This document shows positions 28,102 to 28,224 of a stretch of DNA of 28,224 nucleotides, in pieces. Made by a program: the position numbers and the translations under genes. Every line of letters starts with the position of its first letter. The first letter of the stretch is position 1. Below the pieces are notes generated by a model, which searched no databases, was not told where the DNA came from, and saw nothing but the letters and a program-made list of their open reading frames with translations. Source of the stretch: a bacterium (GTDB lineage Bacteria > Hinthialibacterota > Hinthialibacteria > Hinthialibacterales > Hinthialibacteraceae); the NCBI GenBank assembly GCA_963663405.2, contig CAXXSM010000139.1, forward strand, positions 1-28,224. The letters are read 5' to 3'.

Positions 28102-28224
28102 AGTTTTGATTGAATGTTGTTCCCTTTACAAGAATACGTTCCATGCACAATAGCCCATTCATCAATAGAGGGTCAAGACTGATCCATCCAATCTGGCTCA
28201 ACACATTCCTGTTAAAACGGTATC

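Noticed and set aside
28102-28224. Possible 3' end of an upstream minus-strand gene
   Set aside because: Too short; no recognisable motif in any frame.

Overview
Bacterial chromosomal window, probably from an unpolished long-read assembly: seven genes carry single-base frameshifts, mostly in homopolymer runs. Left end (1-5354): at least five tandem paralogous ankyrin-repeat genes (the four complete ones are lipoproteins) with near-identical junctions and divergent cores. Then a SAM-cycle locus (ahcY, metK, divergent SahR/SamR-like ArsR-methyltransferase regulator with a candidate operator), a GT2 glycosyltransferase, a secreted CBM9/DOMON-like protein, a hinT-TPR lipoprotein-yqeK operon, pilD, an atypical truncated lpxD, a methyltransferase coupled to a ParDE/RelBE-like toxin-antitoxin pair, a cluster of palindromic repeats, xerC, a pilin-like gene and an MFS transporter. 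An AT-rich two-gene insert (22858-24603) encodes a 59-aa peptide missing from the ORF track plus a 520-aa papain/C39-like protein. The right end holds DUF711+ACT, a DUF1080 lipoprotein and a macro-domain gene. Best candidates for undescribed systems: the diversifying ankyrin-lipoprotein array and the peptide + cysteine-peptidase module. The C-terminal ...WCLY motif and pilin family suggest, from recall only, an OLB16/Hinthialibacterota-like lineage. All calls come from reading motifs; no searches were run.
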